Below, piece by piece: positions 36,829 through 45,473 of a stretch of DNA of 58,411 nucleotides. Location: the IMG/VR virus record IMGVR_UViG_3300047356_001345. One strand, 5' to 3'. A program made the translations under genes and the position numbers. The stretch comes from an uncultured virus (IMG/VR IMGVR_UViG_3300047356_001345). Lineage: Duplodnaviria > Heunggongvirae > Uroviricota > Caudoviricetes. The notes beneath the pieces were generated by a model. It was not told the DNA's origin. It worked only from the letters and a program-made list of their open reading frames with translations, and did no database searches. Position 1 is the stretch's first letter, and each line of letters opens with the position of its first letter.

Positions 36829-37348
36829 TTACTTTCCTTTTAATTTTTTTGTTTCTTTTCTTTTCTGCCAAGTTTAATTTTAATTTAGATACTCTATTAA
36901 TGTATTGTACACCTTGTAAATGATCGTACTCGTGTAAAAATATTCTGGCATCGATATCATCATATTTTGTTTCTACGTGTATAATATTTTTACCATCAGC
37001 TGTAAGTGTATCGAACTCTACCATACAACTCATAGGACGTCTTACTTTCAAAAACAAGTTAGGATGGCTTAAACAACCTTCAATTCCTAGTTCCATTTCT
37101 TTACTAATGCCTTTTATTTGCGGATTAATTACTGTAGTGACATCGCCGTAATCTTTATTCAATAAAGTTTTCATTACAAAAATTTGTCCGTCAAATCCTA
37201 CTTGATTAGCACTTAATCCAAGTCCACTATGTTGTCTCATTAATGCCATCATATCATAGGCAATAGGTGCAGGATGCATATTTGCTGTATCAAATGCCCT
37301 TACTGGGTTTTCTAACATTACATCAGGTGCGAGAATTAATTTCATCAT
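36812..37348 (-). CDS. def: Peptide deformylase
   Basis: GLGLSANQ, EGCLS and HEYDH motifs. Confidence 0.92.
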   Translation of the reverse strand: MMKLILAPDVMLENPVRAFDTANMHPAPIAYDMMALMRQHSGLGLSANQVGFDGQIFVMKTLLNKDYGDVTTVINPQIKGISKEMELGIEGCLSHPNLFLKVRRPMSCMVEFDTLTADGKNIIHVETKYDDIDARIFLHEYDHLQGVQYINRVSKLKLNLAEKKRNKKIKRKVNGRTI

Positions 37349-38120
37349 AAAGTTGTTTTATCCTATCTAAATCTTCATACCTATCTAATTTAGGTGTTAT
37401 TCCTTTTACCTCTACATACAAATTACCTGTATGTTGTGTTTTATAATCCTTGATTCCGTAGCCCGGAATACTTAATATTGTGCCTGGATTTGTGCCTGGA
37501 GGTATCTTAATGTTAAGAGGTCCGCCGCCTAATTTTTCGATAACCATTTCTGTGCCTAAAATAAGTCCTAATACATTTATACTACAATTTGTGCGTAAAT
37601 GCAACCTATCTCTTACAAATTTAGGGTGACTTTTAATAATAATTTTTGCTAATAAATTTCCTCTAGGTAGGTTTGTATAAGTGTTATCTCCTAATCCACT
37701 TAATTGTAAAATTGTACCGTGTTCTAGTCCTGCTGGCACATTTATGTTTGCAACGACTTCTTCTCCTGACCTTAATCTATATCTTCCTACAATATTTTTG
37801 CCCTGTGCTATATCTTCTAAAGAAACTGTAACATTTATAGTAACGTCAGCATTGCGTCTTTGTTGTCGTCTCACTCCTTGATTAAAAAATTGTGAAAATA
37901 TGTCATTCATATTTCCTGTGTTAAATTGAGCTTGCGGATTGTCGTACTCAGCTTTTTTGTCCGGATTTTTTAGTGTATCATAAGCTTCACTAATTGACTG
38001 GAAAACTTTTTGATCGCCGCCTCTGTCAGGATGGTGTCGCATAGCCAGCTTTTTATAAGCCCGTTTGATATCATCAGGAGATGCTTCTTTACCCACGCCT
38101 AGTCTTTTGTAATAGTCCAT
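37323..38120 (-). CDS. dnaJ: Class B DnaJ (CbpA-like, no Zn finger)
   Basis: J-domain HPD motif and DnaJ C-terminal domain. Confidence 0.9.
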   Translation of the reverse strand: MDYYKRLGVGKEASPDDIKRAYKKLAMRHHPDRGGDQKVFQSISEAYDTLKNPDKKAEYDNPQAQFNTGNMNDIFSQFFNQGVRRQQRRNADVTINVTVSLEDIAQGKNIVGRYRLRSGEEVVANINVPAGLEHGTILQLSGLGDNTYTNLPRGNLLAKIIIKSHPKFVRDRLHLRTNCSINVLGLILGTEMVIEKLGGGPLNIKIPPGTNPGTILSIPGYGIKDYKTQHTGNLYVEVKGITPKLDRYEDLDRIKQLYDEINSRT

Positions 38121-38136
38121 ACTATTACTTATTTAG
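38109..38136 (-). promoter_or_regulatory. Late-like CTAAATA plus hairpin enclosing the dnaJ ATG
   Basis: Minus strand GTAATAGT-ATGG-ACTATTAC; CTAAATA at 38130-38136. Confidence 0.5.
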
Positions 38137-38139
38137 GCA

Positions 38140-38598
38140 TTAACGTTTTTTGTTTGAACTTGATTGAGTATATGCTTGCCCACCAAAGAACGCTGCAACT
38201 ATAGCTGCAACTGAAACAAAGTATGTTGCTGCCATACTACCTAATACAGTGGCAGCTTGATCTAGGTTCAAAAACACTGCTAGTACAACACTAAATGGAT
38301 ATAATAACATACCTCCAAGTGCAAACCAAGCCATACTACGCTGCGCATCTCGCATAGCATCTTGGTCTTCTAGCATCTTGCGTCTAAACTCTAATTCCAT
38401 TGCTTTTTCTTCAGCATCTACTTGACCATCGCCATTCAAGTCTGCAGGATGATATCCACTAACAGGTTGCGGTGCTGGTGCAGGTACAACTGGTGCTGTA
38501 GCAACCGCAGCTGGTGCTGCTGCTGGCTTTGTTTCTGCCGGTTTAGGCGCAGGGGCTGAACCGCCGCTCTTAAGTTGTTCAGGTTTTTTTCTTGGCAT
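38140..38598 (-). CDS. Two-TM membrane protein, holin/antiholin candidate
   Basis: Pro/Ala linker, EF-hand-like DLNGDGQVDAEE and two TMs; at the end of the lysis cassette. Confidence 0.55.
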   Translation of the reverse strand: MPRKKPEQLKSGGSAPAPKPAETKPAAAPAAVATAPVVPAPAPQPVSGYHPADLNGDGQVDAEEKAMELEFRRKMLEDQDAMRDAQRSMAWFALGGMLLYPFSVVLAVFLNLDQAATVLGSMAATYFVSVAAIVAAFFGGQAYTQSSSNKKR

Positions 38599-38875
38599 TT
38601 TTGCCCTCCAATTTGTTTAATCTAGCCTCTATTGTATCTATTTTTGATGTTATTTTTGGATATTTCTTGCGCCACGCATCTTCAGGTTGTTCTAACCAAG
38701 TCCAGCCCCAACGTTCTACTAAGAAATCCATTGCATTGTCAAACTTTGCATACAACCACAACGCCATTCGTGTTGTACTAAACCAAGTTGAAAATGCAAG
38801 ACCAATAATAGATCCTACTATTGCAGTATAGATCCATAATCTATCTCCTGCCATTTGTGTAATCATATCCCACAT
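38579..38875 (-). CDS. Single-TM membrane protein
   Basis: One TM plus a C-terminal coil; GGAGG RBS. Confidence 0.65.
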   Translation of the reverse strand: MWDMITQMAGDRLWIYTAIVGSIIGLAFSTWFSTTRMALWLYAKFDNAMDFLVERWGWTWLEQPEDAWRKKYPKITSKIDTIEARLNKLEGKNAKKKT

Positions 38876-38893
38876 ATTTTGCCCTCCTTGTAT

Positions 38894-39238
38894 TTAGTCT
38901 TCTTCAATATTTAATGCTTGGTGTCCCCAGATTTCCATTACTACTTCTCCAAACGCTTGTCCAAAAAGCCACATCAATGTAAGGATTACTGCTCCTATGC
39001 ATATTATCATTGTCCATACCCAAATTTGTACTAATGGATGTTTGCCTTCTGCCCAATGTGCTACTCTCTTTATTTTGTTTTTTACACCGCCTAGAAGATA
39101 ATTTCCTATTATCCAACGTGCTAATCTCATTACAATTAGAATAGGCGAAGACAATACGTCAAACAATATTAAAAACAAGTCGACAGTGACATCTATGATG
39201 TTGTCGACGTTAAACCATTTTTTAAATTGCTTCCACAT
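38894..39238 (-). CDS. Membrane protein, holin candidate
   Basis: Two hydrophobic segments; lies in the lysis region. Confidence 0.55.
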   Translation of the reverse strand: MWKQFKKWFNVDNIIDVTVDLFLILFDVLSSPILIVMRLARWIIGNYLLGGVKNKIKRVAHWAEGKHPLVQIWVWTMIICIGAVILTLMWLFGQAFGEVVMEIWGHQALNIEED

Positions 39239-39275
39239 CTGCCCTTCTTTCTGATGTTTCTCACTGCACTGGTAT

Positions 39276-39779
39276 TTATTGTAACAGTAAAGGTAAACTT
39301 CCCCGTGCTTCTGTTTGTATAACGTATCTTCTTATACCTATTGCTTTATTAGGTTTGAAAAGGTCATACCGCACTTCATTTCTTTGATTCCCTCCAAGTA
39401 TCACCCAAAGTCCATTTTGCTCTTCAACAAAAAATCCAACGTGACCTTGCCAACCGCTATTGCCTCTTGGAAATACTACAATATCTCCACGTTGTATAAG
39501 TTCAGGATCAACTGCTTCTCCCCAAGTCAAAAAACTACGTGCCATAAGCGGAACATCACTTACACTTTCAGATCCTGGTATGTTTTCAATTTCCAACACA
39601 GCATTTACAAACGCCGCACACCATTCTGTACGCACAGGATCTACTCCTACAAAAGCTTCGAGCTCGTTGCGGTTTTGTCTTTCTTTAAGTCCTATATAAG
39701 TTTGTGCTGAAACTACTGGATCTACATTTGGAGTTACATTACACCCTGCGAGTACGGTTAAGAAACTACTCGTCCACAA
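39276..39779 (-). CDS. TIGR02594-like CHAP/NlpC-P60 peptidoglycan hydrolase, predicted lipoprotein
   Basis: Lipobox LAGC; WCAAFVN, GHVGF and LGGNQ motifs. Confidence 0.8.
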   Translation of the reverse strand: MWTSSFLTVLAGCNVTPNVDPVVSAQTYIGLKERQNRNELEAFVGVDPVRTEWCAAFVNAVLEIENIPGSESVSDVPLMARSFLTWGEAVDPELIQRGDIVVFPRGNSGWQGHVGFFVEEQNGLWVILGGNQRNEVRYDLFKPNKAIGIRRYVIQTEARGSLPLLLQ

Positions 39780-40158
39780 TAACTGCTTGATCTAATGCTT
39801 CCTCTGCTTTTGTATAATAGCCTTCGTAGGCTGCTATAATTGCTTGTTGCTGTTGTACAAGCGCACGTATGTCGCTGAAGTTGAGTCCTAGGTCGCCGTA
39901 GCCGTCACCAGTTAGACCGTATATAGCAAACGGTTTTCCACTTGCTGCAAGCCTAGCTATTACAGCATCAACATTGCCTTCATTGATAACAATCCATTCT
40001 AACTTGCGCATATTAAGTTCGTCAACAGGAGGCAGAGATAGTGTAGGTTTTTCAACTGGCGATGTGCTTATTTCAATCTGCTGTGGTTTGCTTGAGCAAG
40101 CCGCGAGACTTATAAGTATCGTAAAGCCAAGGACACTCTTTGTTAAAAGCGATGTCAT
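39766..40158 (-). CDS. Outer-membrane spanin (Rz1-like lipoprotein)
   Basis: Lipobox LAAC and a Pro-rich segment; overlaps the 3' end of the i-spanin gene. Confidence 0.75.
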   Translation of the reverse strand: MTSLLTKSVLGFTILISLAACSSKPQQIEISTSPVEKPTLSLPPVDELNMRKLEWIVINEGNVDAVIARLAASGKPFAIYGLTGDGYGDLGLNFSDIRALVQQQQAIIAAYEGYYTKAEEALDQAVIVDE

Positions 40159-40561
40159 TTTCTGCGTTCCTTTCTTTCTCTGTTAGATCTGCGCCTGATA
40201 GAAGTTCAAAACATCTACCTGCATTTGTAGTGCCTCTATTAACAGCACGTTCAATACCTTCAGCATTTGCTATTGCTGCTGCTGTCAAATCTATTTCTTG
40301 AAGTTTGTCAGCAAGTCTTTGATTCTGTCTGCGTATACTTGTGTACGCTTCGTTTAATCTAGTATTTTCTGCTTGGGCACTAGCATAACTTGTTTGTAGA
40401 CTTTCCAATGCTGCTTCATTTGTTTCAACTGCTATTTCTAGTTTAGCATTGTTTTCGTTGAGTATTGCAATACGTTCTTGTGTATCATTATAGTACCAAT
40501 AACCAATGCCGCCCATAGCGCACATTATTAAAAACATTACTCCTGCAAGTTTCAAGCCCAT
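40073..40561 (-). CDS. Inner-membrane spanin (Rz-like)
   Basis: N-terminal TM, coiled coil and two Cys; start at MGLKLAG. Confidence 0.75.
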   Translation of the reverse strand: MGLKLAGVMFLIMCAMGGIGYWYYNDTQERIAILNENNAKLEIAVETNEAALESLQTSYASAQAENTRLNEAYTSIRRQNQRLADKLQEIDLTAAAIANAEGIERAVNRGTTNAGRCFELLSGADLTEKERNAENDIAFNKECPWLYDTYKSRGLLKQTTAD

Positions 40562-40572
40562 ACCTAAACCAC

Positions 40573-41436
40573 CTACCCTAATAACTTTCCCAGCGTGTTT
40601 GGTCCTACAATACCATCTGCTACTAGGCCGTTTGCACTTTGCCATTCTTTAACAAGTCTAGCAGTTCCTGGACCAAAGATACCATCAGCAGGCGAAATGT
40701 TCAATATTTCTTGTACTTCTGCTACTAACGGACCACGTGAACCTTGACGAATAGTTTGATTGGTATTTAACTCTTTTTCTTCTTCTACTTCCATTTCCAT
40801 ATCGCCGCCTAGCACATCTAATGCGTGTGCCCAATGCTTCTTACGATCATCTAGTCCGATTGTACCACCGTTGATGCGTTTGGTCATTTTGAGTATGTCC
40901 ATATTATCACAATGTTTGTTGATGTTGTTTTCATCCCAGAACCAGCAAGCACTATCTAGCGCACCTTTTTTGGTCCGCACATAATCTACTGCTTCCTCTA
41001 CACTCATTTCTACATCTTCTGCGAATTCCGTATAATTGTATCTGCCTGTAAGTTGAATAAGGCCACCGCCCCTAAATCTCCAGCCATCGCCGGAATTGGT
41101 ATCGCCGTTGTCCATTCTATTTGCGTAAATAACGTTTGCAATTTTTTCAGGTTGTCTATGATATTCATTTGCATCTCTTCCTGCTCGTTTAAAATATTTT
41201 GGAAAGATTACATTAAGTGCTTTTGCACTGTAATTTAAGTTTTCACTTACTACTCTAAAACCGCCACTTTCGTGTCCGCATTGTGCAATAAATGCTGCTA
41301 CTCTTGGAATGGTGTTAATATCCCACAATGGAAGTATTTCGCACATTGCTTCATACCAATCTTTCCAATCACTTCTGTGGATAAGTTCTTCTGCCATCCA
41401 CGGTTCAAAATCAAAATCAAAATCTTCTTTAGCCAT
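40573..41436 (-). CDS. GH19 endolysin with C-terminal peptidoglycan-binding domain
   Basis: AQCGHESGGF, ENLNYS, FRGGGLIQLTGRYNY and TKRINGG; ADGIFGPGT...ADGIVGPNT. Confidence 0.92.
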   Translation of the reverse strand: MAKEDFDFDFEPWMAEELIHRSDWKDWYEAMCEILPLWDINTIPRVAAFIAQCGHESGGFRVVSENLNYSAKALNVIFPKYFKRAGRDANEYHRQPEKIANVIYANRMDNGDTNSGDGWRFRGGGLIQLTGRYNYTEFAEDVEMSVEEAVDYVRTKKGALDSACWFWDENNINKHCDNMDILKMTKRINGGTIGLDDRKKHWAHALDVLGGDMEMEVEEEKELNTNQTIRQGSRGPLVAEVQEILNISPADGIFGPGTARLVKEWQSANGLVADGIVGPNTLGKLLG

Positions 41437-41438
41437 AG

Positions 41439-41597
41439 TTATTCCTTTTTTTCCGGGGCACAGGCTTCACATCTGCAACATTCACATATTTTTATTATTG
41501 TTGGTGAAGCATAATTCGGTATACCACAGTGTCCTGGGTATCCACAGTTTTTACAATATGTTCCGTTATAGTCTTTCGACCACGAGTGTATGTCCAT
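41439..41597 (-). CDS. Cys-rich miniprotein (52 aa)
   Basis: Read by hand: MDIHSWSKDYNGTYCKNCGYPGHCG...ICECCRCEACAPEKKE; fills the gap before the endolysin. Confidence 0.55.
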   Translation of the reverse strand: MDIHSWSKDYNGTYCKNCGYPGHCGIPNYASPTIIKICECCRCEACAPEKKE

Positions 41598-42261
41598 TAT
41601 TTTCCAGTGTTAACGTCTTGTCACCATATTTAGTAACGTTGTAGTCTCCAAGGTATTTAGTTAAAAATAATATTTCAGGATATGCATCTATGTTAATTTT
41701 TTCTTCTATTTTAATATGTTCTGTTTTATCAAAATCTTTAATAGCAAATTGTAATGCATCAGCATAAACTTTTTTTACAATTACATTTTCTCCAATGAAA
41801 TCTACTTTTCCTGGTAGATTTGAAAAAAATGTTTCTGCGTTTTCTACAACTGTTAAACTATATGTCCTTGCATCAATTGGTACCATTTCTTGTAAATTTC
41901 CAATATTCGCATCGTAACTACGAAAGTTTTTATAGTATCTAAACTTGAAAGATTCGTTTGCAGTCAATTCGCCTACACCGTATATCATTTCAACAATATT
42001 GTCATTAACACTGTTATTTCTTTCAATTTCTACAAATACTTTGTGTATACCGTTATCAAGTTCGCTGGCAGTTGAATCTGCATCTAAAACAAAATCATAA
42101 GATTTTTCAATAAATTCAACTAAATCATTTGCAGCATTAGCTTCTTTGACACTAAAACTTATGACACAAATATCTTCGTCGTCGCCCATTTTACTTTTAA
42201 AATTATCTATTTCAAAAACCGGATTTACTAGATCACGTAAGTCGCCATTTTTTAAACCCAT
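41566..42261 (-). CDS. Hypothetical phage protein
   Basis: 231 aa, coupled to the upstream gene. Confidence 0.75.
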   Translation of the reverse strand: MGLKNGDLRDLVNPVFEIDNFKSKMGDDEDICVISFSVKEANAANDLVEFIEKSYDFVLDADSTASELDNGIHKVFVEIERNNSVNDNIVEMIYGVGELTANESFKFRYYKNFRSYDANIGNLQEMVPIDARTYSLTVVENAETFFSNLPGKVDFIGENVIVKKVYADALQFAIKDFDKTEHIKIEEKINIDAYPEILFLTKYLGDYNVTKYGDKTLTLENNGHTLVVERL

Positions 42262-42767
42262 TATACTACTCCCGGATCTGCCTGTGGTGCAGTTTCAGTT
42301 GGCGCTATTGTTTGTTCTTCTTTTTCTTCTTTGTTGTTGTAAAGATCTCTATCGCCGCTATAAATGTCTAATATTAAACTTTTGGGCATTTTAATTTCTA
42401 CTATCCAAACAGGCAATTTATCTAGTTTACCTTTTTTTGTACCTGGACGAATATCGCTTGGTTTGCGGATTTGTCTAGCTTTAATTATTTCACTTTTTTC
42501 GTACGATAACTTGCAACCATAATCTAATAAAATTTTACCGCCAGCAGGATCTGGCATATTTTTACGTGGCCACATAAATGAACAAGATACCCAATGTCTT
42601 TCAATTCTAGGACCTGCTGCTAATTCGCCCTCGCTCCAATTATCAAATACATAAAGCCCTAAGCTATCAATTACTCTTTCAAAATCCTTTAAGACTGTAA
42701 AAGCCTTATCGTCGTCGTGAATAGTTTGTAAATTTTTTATTACGTCTAAAGTATCTAAGATAGCCAT
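42261..42767 (-). CDS. Hypothetical phage protein
   Basis: 168 aa; GAGG RBS; late motif upstream. Confidence 0.75.
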   Translation of the reverse strand: MAILDTLDVIKNLQTIHDDDKAFTVLKDFERVIDSLGLYVFDNWSEGELAAGPRIERHWVSCSFMWPRKNMPDPAGGKILLDYGCKLSYEKSEIIKARQIRKPSDIRPGTKKGKLDKLPVWIVEIKMPKSLILDIYSGDRDLYNNKEEKEEQTIAPTETAPQADPGVV

Positions 42768-42786
42768 AGTAGTCCTCGCTTTAGTA

Positions 42787-42794
42787 TATTTATC
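42787..42794 (-). promoter_or_regulatory. Late promoter GATAAATA
   Basis: Heads the operon that leads into the lysis genes. Confidence 0.65.
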
Positions 42795-42913
42795 ACGATA
42801 CTAATCTAACCTCTACAGAATTCAACACGTACTTAATGATTTACCCTTTGATGTAAATACATTGCAGGGGGACCTGCGTGGTCTCATCTGCTTCCATAAA
42901 AAGGAGACATTTA

Positions 42914-43633
42914 ATGGGTGCAAAAGCTAAAGCCAAAAGGCAAGCAAGCAACAACGTTGTAAAATTTAACAACTTTCTTCCAAAAAAGTCAAAAACTATT
43001 GACATTATCCCCCGTAACAGAAATCAAGAAAAATATGTGTTATCATTAATGAATGATGCTAAAAGCATTGTATTTGGTATTGGTCCTGCAGGTACAGGTA
43101 AAACACTATTAGCCTGTCAATCTGCTGTAAAAAGTTTTATACAAAATGATGTGGATAAAATTATTGTGACAAGACCGGCAGTAAGTGCTGACGAGGATCT
43201 TGGATTCTTACCAGGTACACTGGAAGAAAAAATGGCGCCGTGGACAAGACCTATTTTTGATGTATTTAGAGAGTATTTCTATGCTGGCGAAATTGAAGGT
43301 ATGATAAAAGAAGGTGTAATAGAAATATCACCTCTTGCATATATGCGTGGACGAACATTTAAAAACGCATATATCATTGCTGACGAAATGCAAAATGCTA
43401 CTCCGAATCAAATGAAAATGCTACTTACTAGAATTGGTAGCGAAAGTAAAATGGTCGTCACAGGTGACTTAGCACAAGCGGACAGAATAAAAGATAATGG
43501 GCTTATTGATTTTGTTACGCAAATACAACGTAAAGACACCAAACACATTGATGTGTGTAATTTCAAACAAGGAGATATTGAAAGACACGAAGTTGTAAAA
43601 GAAGTATTAGAAATTTACGGCGATTTAGTGTAA
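42914..43633 (+). CDS. phoH: PhoH family ATPase
   Basis: GPAGTGKT, LGFLPG, YMRGRTF, DEMQN and GDLAQ.D motifs; AAGGAG RBS at 42901. Confidence 0.93.
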   Translation: MGAKAKAKRQASNNVVKFNNFLPKKSKTIDIIPRNRNQEKYVLSLMNDAKSIVFGIGPAGTGKTLLACQSAVKSFIQNDVDKIIVTRPAVSADEDLGFLPGTLEEKMAPWTRPIFDVFREYFYAGEIEGMIKEGVIEISPLAYMRGRTFKNAYIIADEMQNATPNQMKMLLTRIGSESKMVVTGDLAQADRIKDNGLIDFVTQIQRKDTKHIDVCNFKQGDIERHEVVKEVLEIYGDLV

Positions 43634-43641
43634 AAAAGTTG

Positions 43642-43836
43642 CTATGTTTTTAGCATAGCAACAATACCATTAGCCTCCGTGTAAATTGTTTTATTCATAA
43701 CTTTTCGCGGAGGCCAGTCGTAATATTGTATGTATTCATAGTAATGTACTAACCAAAGTACATCGCCATTATTTGTACACTTTGGTAACAAAGCAAACCG
43801 TCTTTGCCAACAATCTTTATAAAGGCTTTTTACCAT
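43642..43836 (-). CDS. Hypothetical protein (paralog of 43842..44111)
   Basis: RFAxxP...WL...YD..PP.K...YTE pattern. Confidence 0.6.
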   Translation of the reverse strand: MVKSLYKDCWQRRFALLPKCTNNGDVLWLVHYYEYIQYYDWPPRKVMNKTIYTEANGIVAMLKT

Positions 43837-43841
43837 TTCGT

Positions 43842-44111
43842 TTATGGCAACAAACTAGGATATTTTGGGATCCATTCACCTTGCACATCAGGTTTTTCTT
43901 TACGTATCAAATACATTAGATATTCATTTTCTGTGTACAAGAGTTTCCAGGATTTACCTTTTATTGGCGGCCTGCCCATTGCATCGTAAAATATCTCACC
44001 TTGCCAAAACTTTTTTAACCATATACGTTTTTTGCTGAAAGTACTACGAACAGGAAAATAGGCAAAACGTTCAATAAAGTAAATTTCTGTTTCAATGGTC
44101 GGCGGCATCAA
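43842..44111 (-). CDS. Hypothetical protein (paralog of 43642..43836)
   Basis: Same motif series as its neighbour. Confidence 0.65.
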   Translation of the reverse strand: MMPPTIETEIYFIERFAYFPVRSTFSKKRIWLKKFWQGEIFYDAMGRPPIKGKSWKLLYTENEYLMYLIRKEKPDVQGEWIPKYPSLLP

Positions 44112-44784
44112 TATCTTTTGCTAATGGAAAAATTTCAGCTATTACTTCTGCACAAGCTTTTGCAATTTCCATATGCTCTTTTTGTGTACCGTTTGCACTA
44201 CGTAGTTCAATGTAATGCACCCAACTACGAATAGTACCGTTCATATACAATCTTGTTTTAGTCAATCCTTCTGGCAATACTTTTCTTGCTACTTCTTTTG
44301 CAATACCGTTGTTAATTGCCCATTCATATGCACGACCAGCAGCAAAACATACATCTTGTTGCATTTCTTCCCACTTTACTACTAGTTCGGCCATACCATC
44401 TTCTGATAAGTCCAAATCAATGCTGTTTTGTCTATTTTTATTGTCTTGTAAACGTGCTTCGCTAGTAACAAATACTTCGCCCATTTCTTCAGGATTAGCA
44501 TAACGCTGACTAAATTCTTGAAAAGCAAAACTCCTATGTCTTACAATTTGATGTGCAATATCTCTAGTAGTTTCAATTTCAATCACAGCATTGACCATTT
44601 CCAAAGGAGACCAATGTTGATGTTTAATCAAGTACTTAATCAAGCGTTCGCTTGTTTCTGAATTGATTTGCGCAGCAGGGTTTGATACCTTAGCACAAAA
44701 CGCAATTAATTCTTGAAGGTCTGTTAATCCTTCTGCTTCAAAATCTTTTGTTGCTTTACTATAGCTTACTAAGCGAACGGCCAT
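44092..44784 (-). CDS. thyX: Flavin-dependent thymidylate synthase
   Basis: HWSPLE, RHRSFAFQEFSQRY and E.AR.VLP motifs. Confidence 0.95.
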   Translation of the reverse strand: MAVRLVSYSKATKDFEAEGLTDLQELIAFCAKVSNPAAQINSETSERLIKYLIKHQHWSPLEMVNAVIEIETTRDIAHQIVRHRSFAFQEFSQRYANPEEMGEVFVTSEARLQDNKNRQNSIDLDLSEDGMAELVVKWEEMQQDVCFAAGRAYEWAINNGIAKEVARKVLPEGLTKTRLYMNGTIRSWVHYIELRSANGTQKEHMEIAKACAEVIAEIFPLAKDIDAADH

Positions 44785-44951
44785 TCTGCTAATTCTCCTT
44801 TTAAATTTGATAGTCTTTGACTTAGGAATCCAATTGTAGTATGAATATGTCCTGTATCGTGAGGCTGCAATAAACTTTTGTAATACTCTATTTCTTCTTC
44901 CAGTACATTTATTCTAACTAAATCATTTATTAGTTTTTTGTTTTCTGTCAT
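44769..44951 (-). CDS. Hypothetical protein
   Basis: 60 aa (PHDTGHIHT); GGAG RBS. Confidence 0.65.
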   Translation of the reverse strand: MTENKKLINDLVRINVLEEEIEYYKSLLQPHDTGHIHTTIGFLSQRLSNLKGELAEWPFA

Positions 44952-45132
44952 CTAAAATACTCCGCATTACATTGGTTGCTGTTTTTGTAAAATATCTTGG
45001 TGCTACACTATGTATAATAACCACAGGTACAAGTAACTGTAGTTTTAGTGCCACCATCAATGCTTTACCCATATGTTGTAAGCCTGTTTCGCCTACTGAG
45101 TCTAAGTGTAATTTACATTTTTTGCTTAACAT
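44923..45132 (-). CDS. DUF6356-like small protein
   Basis: HL.SVGET..QH...A......IH...P..F..TA pattern. Confidence 0.6.
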   Translation of the reverse strand: MLSKKCKLHLDSVGETGLQHMGKALMVALKLQLLVPVVIIHSVAPRYFTKTATNVMRSILDDRKQKTNK

Positions 45133-45473
45133 TAATCTCCCTTTCCTGGAGCTTCAGAAAAATGCTCCATTTTATTTTCTACACCGTGCCATTCGTCTGC
45201 ATCTTCGGGTACATCTTCAGAACGCATTTCAGTAATAACCGGCCACATATCTGCATATTTTTGATTAAATTCGACCCACTTGTCCATACCAGGAGCTGTG
45301 TCAGGAAGGATTGCATCTGCAGGACATTCAGGTTCACATACACCGCAATCAATACATTCAATTGGATTAATCACAAGCATATTTTCCCCTTCATAGAAAC
45401 AATCTACAGGGCACACTTCTACACAATCCATATGTTTGCACTTGATACACTGATCATTTACTACATATGTCAT
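45132..45473 (-). CDS. fdxA: 7Fe ferredoxin (FdxA type)
   Basis: [21 protein letters not shown]...[12 protein letters not shown]. Confidence 0.93.
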   Translation of the reverse strand: MTYVVNDQCIKCKHMDCVEVCPVDCFYEGENMLVINPIECIDCGVCEPECPADAILPDTAPGMDKWVEFNQKYADMWPVITEMRSEDVPEDADEWHGVENKMEHFSEAPGKGD

